Assembly: GCA_014729495.1 (NCBI GenBank)
Contig: WJJV01000048.1
Span: 1 to 37,271 of the forward strand
DNA from: Candidatus Woesearchaeota archaeon
GTDB lineage: Archaea > Nanobdellota > Nanobdellia > Woesearchaeales > UBA12501
Reading direction: 5' to 3'
Length of the DNA: 37,271 bases
In this document: positions 1 to 8,670 of the stretch, piece by piece
Layout of the letters: every line of letters begins with the position of its first letter
Numbering within the stretch: position 1 is the first letter of the stretch
The notes under the pieces: generated by a model
The model's input: only the letters and a program-made list of their open reading frames with translations
What the model was told of the DNA's origin: nothing
Databases searched by the model: none
Translations under genes and position numbers: made by a program

Positions 1-2
1 AC

Positions 3-3000
3 TTCAGCACTGATTATAACTTCTTTGTCACAAGCAAGCAGGTAAGGGGCGTCACAACAGACAAGCTTGAGTTCAATGTAGCAGTAGAGGAGATTGAGAA
101 AATAGAGGCTCCAGAAGAACCTGCGCCGGCCGACCCTCCAACCATCGCAGGTCCAATGACAATAGTCATTGATCCAGGCCATGGAGCTCATGATTCAGGC
201 ACGCAAGGAGGGAGCCGTAATTATCCGTACCTCAAGCCTTATGAAGAGAACAAGCAGAAGATCATTGAATCATTTGTAGCAGAGGCCAACAAGAATATGT
301 ATATAGTTGAGGTTCTTGCTGAAAAGCTGAGATCTCAGGGCCATACTGTCCATCTCATAAGATACGGCCAGGAGTTCTATTGCGATTCCTGTGTTAGAGG
401 CAGGCAGGCAAGGACACTGTGGGCTGCCTCAAAGAAAGCAGACCTTTTCCTGAGTATACATAATAATGCAGCTGGTACTGGAAGAAGGATGAAGGCGCAG
501 AGAATGGTTCTTCTTCAGCTTGAGAGACATTGTGAAGGGGTAGAAGAATTCTGTGCTGAGTCAAAGAAACTAGCTGACTCTATCTCATCTACTTTGCAGA
601 AACATACAGGTGAAGATTACAGGGTTCTCAGGAGGCCTTTGTCAGGCACAAGCTCGTCACCAATAGGTTATTTCACTTCAAAGGCCGTGAAAGGGGCAAG
701 AGATGCTAACATGCCTTACTGCCTCATGGAGATTGCTGCAATAAACGACCCTGCATTGAATGATCCTGGCAAGATAGATGCCATAGCTTCTGCGATTGTA
801 CAGGGAATCCATGACTATGCAGGCCCTGCAAACAATCTTGTGGCTGCCACAACATCAGGTGCAGAGCTTGACTGCCACTACTGCAATGATGGAAAAGAGA
901 ATGTAAAGGATATATTCGGAGAAGAGGCATACCAGGAATGCATCAATAATGGGAAATCATGCTGCAATCTGAAATGCCCCCAGGACTCTGTTGTACTGGC
1001 TAACCTTCCTGAGTACAGGAACCAGCACAGAGATTATCAGGATCTTGGAACATGCGGAGAAAGCTCAAGAGGAGTGAGCGGATCAGGCTGCGGTCCTGTA
1101 TCAGCCCACATGGCTTTTGCAGAAGCAGGCAAGGATATATCTGTGAAATCACTGTTCTGCGCAGGAGAAGAGGATGAGATATACACTCCAGGAGACGGCA
1201 CTCTTGTGGAGGACATGGATAGGATTGCTAAAAAGCACCTGCCTGATTCAAGACTCTATCAGAAGTTTGATTTTGAGAAGATATCAATAGAGATAAAGGC
1301 AGGGAATCCTGTTATTCTTGACATTAAGCAGAAAGACAGCGGAGACAGGGAGCCAGAAGACTGGCAGAACTGGCGAGGCAGGAGCAACAGCCTCAATGAA
1401 AGATGCTACCAGACACAGGGGCACTGGGTCAATGTTGTCGGAGTTTCAGATGATCATATAATTGTGAATGATCCTGCAACAGGAGCAACATCATGCGACA
1501 GGGACAGGACAGTCGGAGAGAGGCAGGTATGGTCAAAGGAATTCGTCAATGACATATCATATTATGGTGTTGCTCTTGTTCCAGAGAGAAGTGATCAGCC
1601 TGCTGCTGGAGCAGGCACTGGCTCAAGAGAATACTACATCAATGATGGAGTGATAACAGAAGAGGATTTCATGAGCAAGCCAAGCAGAGAATCCCTGAAA
1701 TGGTGTTCTGCTTCAAGCTCTAACCAAATATTCAGATATGAAGATATCCAGAATAGATGCCCTCCATCAGAAAGGACTACAACATACAGTGGTGATGAAG
1801 GAGGTCTGATACCTGAGCAGGGAATCAATAAGAAGCTCATTGAACTGCTCAACCAGGCCCAGGAGAGATTCGGAGTCACAATAATAATAGAATCTGGAGT
1901 CAGGCCTTACAAGCATAACCTCTGGAGCTGGGCAAGGCTTGAAGCTGACAAAGCAGAAAAACTTGAACAGGACAATGATTTCAGGTTCTCATCTCCAGAC
2001 AGAGTAAGCCTCAACAACTGGCACATGTGCGGAGCAGCAGCAGACTTCAGGGTTAAGGAATGGCCCGCAAGCGCTGACATAGGCAAGTACAGGGAGATGG
2101 CCAGGTGGCTTGAGAGCACTTACTCTCCAGGATACTATCATGCGTATGAAACTGGAGAGGGAAGGGACCCTGACAATTACTATGAGAGCCCTTACATACA
2201 TGCTGATCCTTTTGGAAGATCAGACTGCACTGGAAAGAATGTAGAATATGTAAAGGTTGAGGTTCCTGTTGAGACAACGCTCACAACTGAACATAGTCCA
2301 GAGGAGGGGGTTGCTGAAGGGCAGATTGACATACTTGATGTTGACATCAGCAATGAGCCCCTTGTTCCTATACCTGAATACAAGGGAAAGAGCCTCTGCA
2401 AGCCAGGCATTGACTGCAGGCTCAAGAAGTCAGCAGCAGATGCAGTTATTAGGCTGGCAGAGGAGTTCGAGAACCAGGGATGCGAGCTATACATAAAGGA
2501 TGCTTACAGGTCAGAGAAAGCATACAGGTATCTTTACAACAAGTACAAGGCAAGAGGAGGGGTGTGCAGTCCAAGAGGAGGCAGCTTTGCCCACTGCCCT
2601 CATGCAATTGGAGCTGCTATAGACATTGAGTGGAGGAATTGCATGCCTTATGAGAAAAGGATAAAGGCTGCGTGCAAGGCAGGCTGGGCAAACTGGCAGT
2701 CAGAAGGATGGCATTTTGAGTTCGGATCAGATCACTGGAAAGAATCATTATCCTCAGGATACTGCCAGTGGCCTGAGGTATCAACAGGAGCAATCGGCGG
2801 AGGGGCATTCAAAGGCCACAAGGCTGTAACAACAGAGGATGCAGGGCTCAATCTTGGGCCTCAGAAACCCCCTGAAGAGTTCGGGACAAGCGAGGAGTGC
2901 AGGCAGTATGGACCAAATGAACCCATGCCTTTCAGGACATCTAGTCCATGCTTATCAGTTGGGCTGATGCAGGACATCCTTGAGGAAGCAGGGTCTCCTG

Positions 3001-6000
3001 TCGCAGAGCATGCCCAGGCATTCTATGATTATGGAATTGAGTATGGCATTGATCCTGCGATAGCTCTTGCATTCTTCAAGAAAGAATCGCAGTTTGGAAA
3101 AACAAAAAGATGCAATATCCCAGATATAGCAAAGAACCCTGGCAATATAAGGTATACTCCAGAAAGGTGTAGGGGTATAGAAAATACTTATTTCTATGAT
3201 AGCACTGACCTTGGCTGCCATCTAATAAATATTGAAGCAATGAGAAAGGGAGCAGAGCTTATCAAATCAAATCCAGAAAGGACTCCGCATGGAGATGGAA
3301 TATCCCGGCCTTACTGCAAGTATGACTCCTGGGAAGAAGGCATTGAAGCATGGTACAAAGCAATCAAAAACAAACCATACATTGCATCTGGAAGAACAAC
3401 TGTAGAGCAGATTACTGAGTTATATGCAGATGATCCCATTGCTTATCAGAAGTTTGTGAAGAAGTGGGTTAATGAGTGGAGGGCAGAACAGATAAGGAGA
3501 TTCGGAGGCACACCAACAGACAGAAGCCAGCTTCCTCCAGGAGAGGGAGTCATAGGCACAAATAAGATAATACTTGATCAGGCACTGCTAATGGAGAATA
3601 TTGCCTATAACTGGGCTGGAAGGTATGGGTATGCATTTGGTCCTACAGACTACAAGATGAACTGGGGCATTGACTGCATAGGGCTTCAGTATGTCACCCT
3701 GCGCCAGCTTGGAGCAATAGATGGCAGTGTAGAGTACAAGAAGATATTTGAGTGGGGAAAGACGGTTGTTGAGGAGATACCAGGCAAAAGAATCAGCGAC
3801 CAGGAGATCAGGGACAGCAATTTTGATGCTCTTATGCCCGGAGACCTTGTGTTTGTCAGGAATCAGGGGCATACTGGGATATATTTTGGAGAAAAGGACG
3901 GCAAGCATATGTTCCTGAATGCAAAAGGAAAAAAGAATCTAAAAAGCGGATGCAGTGACAACTGCTGCAAACCTGACGCAAAATTCAAGGTAACACTGAC
4001 TCCGATGGAGGATTATCTGAGCAAAGGAAAGATGGAGGCCTTGAGGGTTGATCCTTCACTTATTAAAGACAGGCCATACGCCTCTGAGATTCCTGCAGAT
4101 ACCCCTACAGATTATGTTTGCGAAGGTCCGCACTCAGTGCCGGATTACAGCAGGTATGGGGGCATAAGAAGAGAGTCAGAGTACTCTGACGGGCAGGAGA
4201 TCATAAAGGTGATCAGATCTATTGGAACTTACAGTGTTGAGCCTTCATTCACAATAGACACAGATTATGACTTTGGAGAGTATGAGATAATAGAGCAGCA
4301 GGTAAAAGGCCACGGAAGCGTAAAAGGAATGATTGACATGGTTGCTGAGTGCGAGGCAGGAGGTAAGGATGTAGAAGCATGTGTCTCTGATGCTGTCAAG
4401 GCAGTAAATGAGAGAGCAGAGATGAAAAACAGAGGTCTTGAGATGTACAATGGCCCGTGCAATCCAAAAGAGAATCTTTGGAGTGATCTTGTTGAAGGCA
4501 TGGGAGACTGCATAGATGCTGACCAGACCAACTGCTATTGCGAGATAAGGCTTGAGAAGGCAGAGCAGGCATCATTATTGTCAGCAAGCACCGCAAACAT
4601 AAAAGTAGAGACAGATGGAGACACAAAGATATCTTTGGAAGAATCCAATATCAAGAGATATTATACATTCAGCAAGAAAGTGAACTCAAAGGTTGCTCCT
4701 GCCTCAACAGATTCCGGTTCATCATCCAGATCAGCAGAAGATAACGGAATCAGCTATAAAAAAGAGAATCTCAATAGTGACCGGATCCATACAATAGATG
4801 TGGATCCAGCAGGATTTAATGTAGAGGTGGCTACTTCAAAGACAGGCAATACAAGAGAGGAGATTGACAAGATAATGGGATCTGATGATATTGCTGCCAT
4901 AAATGCAGGATTCTTTGACACCGGAGACGGCAAACCTGTCTCGATAATTGTTGAGGATGGAGCAAGGATATCAGAAAACCAGCCTCTCTCCAGCAGGATG
5001 CCTGATGATTCAGCTGATAAGGGATTCAATGGATGTTTTATTGTAAAGGAATCAGGAAGCACCAGGACATATGATATTGTGGATATAAGCGAGTTCAATC
5101 CAGATGAAGTCCAGTATGCTATCTGCTCTCCCTGGCTGGTGAAGGATCACAACTACAACTTTCCTTGCGAAACATTCAATGAAAAAAGAACCCTAGAAGG
5201 CCGCAGCCCATATTGTCCTGAGTCCAACAGAAGGTCTGTTCTTGCAATAAAGGATGATGGGACAGTCAGCCTCATTATAGCTAGGAATTATAATATCCCT
5301 GAGATAGGACAACACATAGCAAAGGATTACAAGGAGGCAATAGCTCTTGATGGAGGAGGCTCTGTCTCTATGGAATATCATCATGACGGAACAGATGTAT
5401 CTATAGGATGGGATTCAGGAAACACCCAGAGAAAGGTCTCCAGCGCAATTGTTGTGAAACCAAAACCTGATGCTGCGACAGGGAGTTCAGGAACAGGCTC
5501 AGCAGAACAATCAATAGATGGCGCAGATATATCAGGGAATATGAAACATGGAGATGTTTATTATCTGAGAAAAGCAGGGGCCAGCATCTATCTGCTTGGC
5601 AGCAAGCCAAGCACAAGAGAATGCAATACTGAGAAGCGCACATACAAGTTCTGCGTGGAATCTGATAAGAATATCCTGTACTATGATGAACAGCTGGCCA
5701 AGACAGTCAAGAGGAATGTGCAGTACAAGTTCGCTCTTGAATTTCCTGACAAGATGCCTCCTCCTCCAGTATCCGGCCTTAAGGCTTCTGACAAGCTCAA
5801 AGCAGAGTCATCTGTTGTGCTTGAATGGGATGCTCCAAAGCAGGGCCAGTCAGTGATAGATGATCTCAGCCATTATCTTGTTTACTGCACTGACACAGAG
5901 TTTGTCAAGCAGGGCGGAAGCGTGATAACTGCTGGCATAACCAGCCCGCAGAAAGTGGCTTCAGAGGCAGGCAAGGAACATCTTAATGTGCAGTCAGGAT

Positions 6001-7436
6001 ACTGCGCTGGCTCGCAGATATCTGACGGGCAGGAATACACTTTTGCTGTTGTTCCTGTTGACATCAGCGGAAATCAGGGGCCTGCAAAGGAGATAAAGGC
6101 AACATCAGTGGATGATCTTGCACCAGGGCCTGTCATCATTACCCTTGGTTCTGAGACATACACAATGGAAGGCCAGGCAACAGGCCTGCCAGCAGACTCA
6201 GTATCACTAAGCTGGCAGAAGCCTGCTAACAATGAGGATGGAGAATCAGAAGCTGATGACCTTGAATCCTATTGGGCATTCTTCTCAGAGAACACTCTCA
6301 GCCTGGAATCCTGCTCTGCGCCAGCTTGCGCTGAGGCAGCAGCAGGAACAGAATCAAATCAGTACACAGGTCTTGACCCTGCAAAGACATACAATTTTGC
6401 AGTCATCGCAGTTGACAGTGCAGGCAACCACATCACAACTGAGGAATTCACTGCACCAGAGCAGTGGAATGGTCTTGATATATCAGAATGCTACCTGGAC
6501 AGCCAGGGAACTGCAACCTGCAGGGGAGTCACAGCAGAAACCGCTGCGCAGGGTCCAAGCCCTTCAGGGCCTGACACTCTTGAGCAAGAGCTTTCTTCAG
6601 AGCTGGAAAACGCTGATCTGTCAGGTGCTCAGCAGCCTGCTGCAGGAGAAGATGGCATTGTTGATATGGCCATAGTGCTTGATGATGCAGGAGGTAGCTT
6701 CAGCAGCGACAAAAGAGGCATAGATATATTGAGATCAGCAGGAAGCCCTGCAATAACATTCGCAGTTTTCCCAAGAGCAGGTTCAACAGAGCAGACAGCT
6801 CAATATCTTGCATCAAACTATCCTCAGGACAGCTTTGACATGATAATACACCAGCCAATGGAGTACCTGGGAGAGGAGGTAGGCAGGGCAGGGCCTGCTG
6901 ACTGCTCAAAAACCTATACAGACAGGACAAGGATATGCGATGGCGATACTCCAGAGCAGGCCAAAACAATATTAAGAAGGCATATTGAGGATTTCCAGGG
7001 ATTCACCAATTTTGTAGGATACAACAACCATCAGGGAAGCAAGACAACAGGCAACAGGGAGCTGATGACAGGCCTGGCAGAACTAATCAAGAGCAGTTAT
7101 CCTGACCTTATTGTCATGGACAGCGCAACAGGAACCTCCCAGTATCCTCATATAGCATATGAGGTAATGCAGGACAAAGGAGTGAGATCATACATTAATG
7201 TGCAGTTCCTTGACAATACTGAGTCAGTGAGCTATACAAAAGCAAGGCTTCAGGATCTTGAAAGCAAGGCTTTAGAGAAAGGTTTTGCTGCGGGCATAGG
7301 GCATGTTGTAAGGTCCACAACTCCACAGGCAATAGCTGAATACCTAAGTGACTTCTCAAAACAAGGAGATCATTATGTAAAGCAGGTGGGTGACAGGAAA
7401 GTTAGGCTTGTTACATTGTCCGAGCTTCCGAAATAA
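3..7436 (+). CDS. Giant multidomain cell-wall (peptidoglycan) hydrolase, 5'-truncated: Amidase_3, C39-like, M15A-like, M15B/VanY-like, GH73-like, NlpC/P60, NAGPA, 2x FN3, divergent polysaccharide deacetylase
   Basis: The frame of ORF 156..7436 has no stop back to position 3 (FSTDYNFFVTSKQVRG...), so the start lies outside the window. Motifs: IDPGHG/SIHNNA/LMEI; Q..GCGP..GHW..NDP; SGVR..HMCGAAAD..YIHAD; AYRS..HAIGAAID..EGWH; ALAFFKKESQFG..NPGNI..YDSWEEGI; GIDCIG..PGDLVF..GHTGIY; AAINAGFFD..LDGGGS; AIVLDDAG..HQPME..NNHQGS..GIGH. Confidence 0.92.
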   Translation, partial: FSTDYNFFVTSKQVRGVTTDKLEFNVAVEEIEKIEAPEEPAPADPPTIAGPMTIVIDPGHGAHDSGTQGGSRNYPYLKPYEENKQKIIESFVAEANKNMYIVEVLAEKLRSQGHTVHLIRYGQEFYCDSCVRGRQARTLWAASKKADLFLSIHNNAAGTGRRMKAQRMVLLQLERHCEGVEEFCAESKKLADSISSTLQKHTGEDYRVLRRPLSGTSSSPIGYFTSKAVKGARDANMPYCLMEIAAINDPALNDPGKIDAIASAIVQGIHDYAGPANNLVAATTSGAELDCHYCNDGKENVKDIFGEEAYQECINNGKSCCNLKCPQDSVVLANLPEYRNQHRDYQDLGTCGESSRGVSGSGCGPVSAHMAFAEAGKDISVKSLFCAGEEDEIYTPGDGTLVEDMDRIAKKHLPDSRLYQKFDFEKISIEIKAGNPVILDIKQKDSGDREPEDWQNWRGRSNSLNERCYQTQGHWVNVVGVSDDHIIVNDPATGATSCDRDRTVGERQVWSKEFVNDISYYGVALVPERSDQPAAGAGTGSREYYINDGVITEEDFMSKPSRESLKWCSASSSNQIFRYEDIQNRCPPSERTTTYSGDEGGLIPEQGINKKLIELLNQAQERFGVTIIIESGVRPYKHNLWSWARLEADKAEKLEQDNDFRFSSPDRVSLNNWHMCGAAADFRVKEWPASADIGKYREMARWLESTYSPGYYHAYETGEGRDPDNYYESPYIHADPFGRSDCTGKNVEYVKVEVPVETTLTTEHSPEEGVAEGQIDILDVDISNEPLVPIPEYKGKSLCKPGIDCRLKKSAADAVIRLAEEFENQGCELYIKDAYRSEKAYRYLYNKYKARGGVCSPRGGSFAHCPHAIGAAIDIEWRNCMPYEKRIKAACKAGWANWQSEGWHFEFGSDHWKESLSSGYCQWPEVSTGAIGGGAFKGHKAVTTEDAGLNLGPQKPPEEFGTSEECRQYGPNEPMPFRTSSPCLSVGLMQDILEEAGSPVAEHAQAFYDYGIEYGIDPAIALAFFKKESQFGKTKRCNIPDIAKNPGNIRYTPERCRGIENTYFYDSTDLGCHLINIEAMRKGAELIKSNPERTPHGDGISRPYCKYDSWEEGIEAWYKAIKNKPYIASGRTTVEQITELYADDPIAYQKFVKKWVNEWRAEQIRRFGGTPTDRSQLPPGEGVIGTNKIILDQALLMENIAYNWAGRYGYAFGPTDYKMNWGIDCIGLQYVTLRQLGAIDGSVEYKKIFEWGKTVVEEIPGKRISDQEIRDSNFDALMPGDLVFVRNQGHTGIYFGEKDGKHMFLNAKGKKNLKSGCSDNCCKPDAKFKVTLTPMEDYLSKGKMEALRVDPSLIKDRPYASEIPADTPTDYVCEGPHSVPDYSRYGGIRRESEYSDGQEIIKVIRSIGTYSVEPSFTIDTDYDFGEYEIIEQQVKGHGSVKGMIDMVAECEAGGKDVEACVSDAVKAVNERAEMKNRGLEMYNGPCNPKENLWSDLVEGMGDCIDADQTNCYCEIRLEKAEQASLLSASTANIKVETDGDTKISLEESNIKRYYTFSKKVNSKVAPASTDSGSSSRSAEDNGISYKKENLNSDRIHTIDVDPAGFNVEVATSKTGNTREEIDKIMGSDDIAAINAGFFDTGDGKPVSIIVEDGARISENQPLSSRMPDDSADKGFNGCFIVKESGSTRTYDIVDISEFNPDEVQYAICSPWLVKDHNYNFPCETFNEKRTLEGRSPYCPESNRRSVLAIKDDGTVSLIIARNYNIPEIGQHIAKDYKEAIALDGGGSVSMEYHHDGTDVSIGWDSGNTQRKVSSAIVVKPKPDAATGSSGTGSAEQSIDGADISGNMKHGDVYYLRKAGASIYLLGSKPSTRECNTEKRTYKFCVESDKNILYYDEQLAKTVKRNVQYKFALEFPDKMPPPPVSGLKASDKLKAESSVVLEWDAPKQGQSVIDDLSHYLVYCTDTEFVKQGGSVITAGITSPQKVASEAGKEHLNVQSGYCAGSQISDGQEYTFAVVPVDISGNQGPAKEIKATSVDDLAPGPVIITLGSETYTMEGQATGLPADSVSLSWQKPANNEDGESEADDLESYWAFFSENTLSLESCSAPACAEAAAGTESNQYTGLDPAKTYNFAVIAVDSAGNHITTEEFTAPEQWNGLDISECYLDSQGTATCRGVTAETAAQGPSPSGPDTLEQELSSELENADLSGAQQPAAGEDGIVDMAIVLDDAGGSFSSDKRGIDILRSAGSPAITFAVFPRAGSTEQTAQYLASNYPQDSFDMIIHQPMEYLGEEVGRAGPADCSKTYTDRTRICDGDTPEQAKTILRRHIEDFQGFTNFVGYNNHQGSKTTGNRELMTGLAELIKSSYPDLIVMDSATGTSQYPHIAYEVMQDKGVRSYINVQFLDNTESVSYTKARLQDLESKALEKGFAAGIGHVVRSTTPQAIAEYLSDFSKQGDHYVKQVGDRKVRLVTLSELPK
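156..815 (+). other. Domain: N-acetylmuramoyl-L-alanine amidase (Amidase_3)
   Basis: IVIDPGHG (Zn His), EANKN (Zn Glu), LFLSIHNNA (Zn His), CLMEI (catalytic Glu). Boundaries approximate. Confidence 0.9.
1005..1580 (+). other. Domain: C39-like cysteine peptidase (Peptidase_C39_2 type)
   Basis: PEYRNQ (oxyanion Gln), SGCGPVSAHM (Cys), GHWVNVVG (His), IIVNDP (Asp). Boundaries approximate. Confidence 0.85.
1824..2210 (+). other. Domain: peptidase M15A-like Zn peptidase
   Basis: KLIELLNQAQERFG..IIIESGVRP..HN, HxxxxxxD (HMCGAAAD), YIHAD. Boundaries approximate. Confidence 0.8.
2418..2725 (+). other. Domain: peptidase M15B/C (VanY/VanX-like) Zn peptidase
   Basis: LYIKDAYRS, HAIGAAIDI (HxxxxxxD), SEGWHFEF (ExxH). 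Boundaries approximate. Confidence 0.87.
2960..3480 (+). other. Domain: glucosaminidase (GH73-like)/lysozyme-like fold
   Basis: YGIEYGIDPAIALAFFKKESQFG (catalytic Glu in ES), NPGNIR, KYDSWEEGIEAW, GRTTVEQITELYA. Boundaries approximate. Confidence 0.8.
3560..4050 (+). other. Domain: NlpC/P60 cysteine peptidase
   Basis: YNWAG, GIDCIGL (Cys), LMPGDLVF, GHTGIYFG (His), FLNA (third triad residue Asn). Boundaries approximate. Confidence 0.87.
4785..5460 (+). other. Domain: phosphodiester glycosidase (NAGPA/DUF2233)
   Basis: IAAINAGFFD, RRSVLAIKDDG, AIALDGGGSVSM, RKVSSAIVV. Boundaries approximate. Confidence 0.87.
5757..6430 (+). other. Domains: two fibronectin type III repeats
   Basis: PPPVSGL..SVVLEWDAP..YLVY..YTFAVVPVDISGN and PGPV..VSLSWQKP..TYNFAVIAVDSAGN. 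Confidence 0.8.
6666..7433 (+). other. Domain: divergent polysaccharide deacetylase (Polysacc_deac_2/YibQ-like)
   Basis: MAIVLDDAG, ITFAVFP, IIHQPME, GYNNHQGSKTT, VMDS, FLDN, AAGIGH. Confidence 0.88.
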
Positions 7437-7448
7437 CCATCATAAATG

Positions 7449-7465
7449 CAAAAACTATATAAATA
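7449..7465 (+). promoter_or_regulatory. BRE/TATA promoter of RPA gene
   Basis: A-rich BRE followed by TATATAAA (7456-7463). SD-like AGGGGTG at 7486-7492. Confidence 0.6.
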
Positions 7466-7499
7466 AAGGCTTAAAACAGATTCTTAGGGGTGTTTCAAG

Positions 7500-8663
7500 A
7501 TCGACATAAAAGTACCACATGATGTTGTAAGGGATAAGATAAAAGATCATTCTAACATAACAGATGAAGAGCTGGAAAGTAAGATCAAGGCAAAGATTGA
7601 CAAGCTTTCTGGACTCATATCAAAGGAAGGGGCTGCTCATATAATAGCCAATGAGCTGGGTATAAAGCTCTATGATCAGGCATCAGGCAGGCTCAAGATA
7701 AAGAACATCCTTGCAGGTATGAGGAATGTTGAGATTGCTGCAAAGGTCCAGCAGGTGTTTGAGGTAAGGGAATTCCAGACAGAGACCAGATCAGGAAAGG
7801 TAGGATCATTCATAGTAGGGGATGAGACCGGCACTATCAGGGTTGTCCTGTGGGGATCACAGGCAGATAAGCTCTCCCAGCTCAAAGAGAATGATATAAT
7901 CAAGGTGCAGTCAGCCTATGTGAAAGAGAATAGGGGAAGGAAAGAGGTGCATCTCGGAGACCAGGGTTCACTTGATATCAATCCAGAAGGAGAGAGCATA
8001 GGCGAGGTCAAGAAGATAAACTCAACAAGGAAGAGCATAAATGAGCTTGCTGAGAACATGCAGGATGTTGAAGTCCTGGGCACTGTTGTCCAGGTATATG
8101 ATATAAAGTTCTTTGATGTGTGCCCTGAATGCGGAAAGAAGACTCTTCCAAAAGAGGGCTCTGCAATATGCTCACAGCATGGATCTGTGACCTCTACATC
8201 ATCTTATGTCTTCAATGCTATCATAGATGATGGAACAGGAAACATCAGAGCAGCTTTCTTCAGGAAGCAGGTAGAGAATCTGCTGAAGAAGAGCCAGGAT
8301 GAGATTGTTGAGTTCAGGGATTCTGCAGAGAAATTCGAGCAAGTAAAGCACGACCTGTTAGGAAAGCAGATAAAGATTGTAGGAAGGGTCAACAAGAACA
8401 TGATGTTTGACAGGATAGAGCTTATAGCCCAGCTTGTGTTCCCTGACCCTGATCCAGAAGAGGAGATTAAGAGGCTGCAGTCAGAAAAGCCTGCTGAAAG
8501 CAGTAATCAGCAGGGTTCTGTCCAGGAGAGCACAGATACAGGCAGTGTTTCATCTCAGCCAGCTCCAGAAACTGAGCAGTCCCAGACAGATAATGTGCAG
8601 CAGAGTCCAGTATCAGAGAGTTCTGAAAAACCAATGTTTAATATAGATAAACCTGATTCTTGA
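7500..8663 (+). CDS. rpa: Replication protein A (N-terminal helical domain, OB folds, Zn finger); start probably non-canonical
   Basis: OB-fold motifs VGDETGTIRVVLWG and IIDDGTGNIRAAFF; Zn finger CPEC..CSQH. In-frame upstream extension 7500-7718 encodes the conserved-looking KLSGLISKEGAAHIIANELG. An in-frame TAG sits at 7485 and there is no ATG/GTG/TTG before 7719. Confidence 0.85.
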   Translation: MDIKVPHDVVRDKIKDHSNITDEELESKIKAKIDKLSGLISKEGAAHIIANELGIKLYDQASGRLKIKNILAGMRNVEIAAKVQQVFEVREFQTETRSGKVGSFIVGDETGTIRVVLWGSQADKLSQLKENDIIKVQSAYVKENRGRKEVHLGDQGSLDINPEGESIGEVKKINSTRKSINELAENMQDVEVLGTVVQVYDIKFFDVCPECGKKTLPKEGSAICSQHGSVTSTSSYVFNAIIDDGTGNIRAAFFRKQVENLLKKSQDEIVEFRDSAEKFEQVKHDLLGKQIKIVGRVNKNMMFDRIELIAQLVFPDPDPEEEIKRLQSEKPAESSNQQGSVQESTDTGSVSSQPAPETEQSQTDNVQQSPVSESSEKPMFNIDKPDS

Positions 8664-8670
8664 AATTAAG

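Noticed and set aside
156-158. ATG 156 as the start of the giant gene
   Set aside because: The frame is open to the window edge with protein-like sequence, and there is no promoter, SD or signal peptide at 156.
3-7500. Giant hydrolase as prophage lysin or bacterial contamination
   Set aside because: No holin, phage or integrase genes. It abuts an archaeal TATA promoter and rpa, and its codon style matches by eye. A chimera can only be fully excluded by read mapping.
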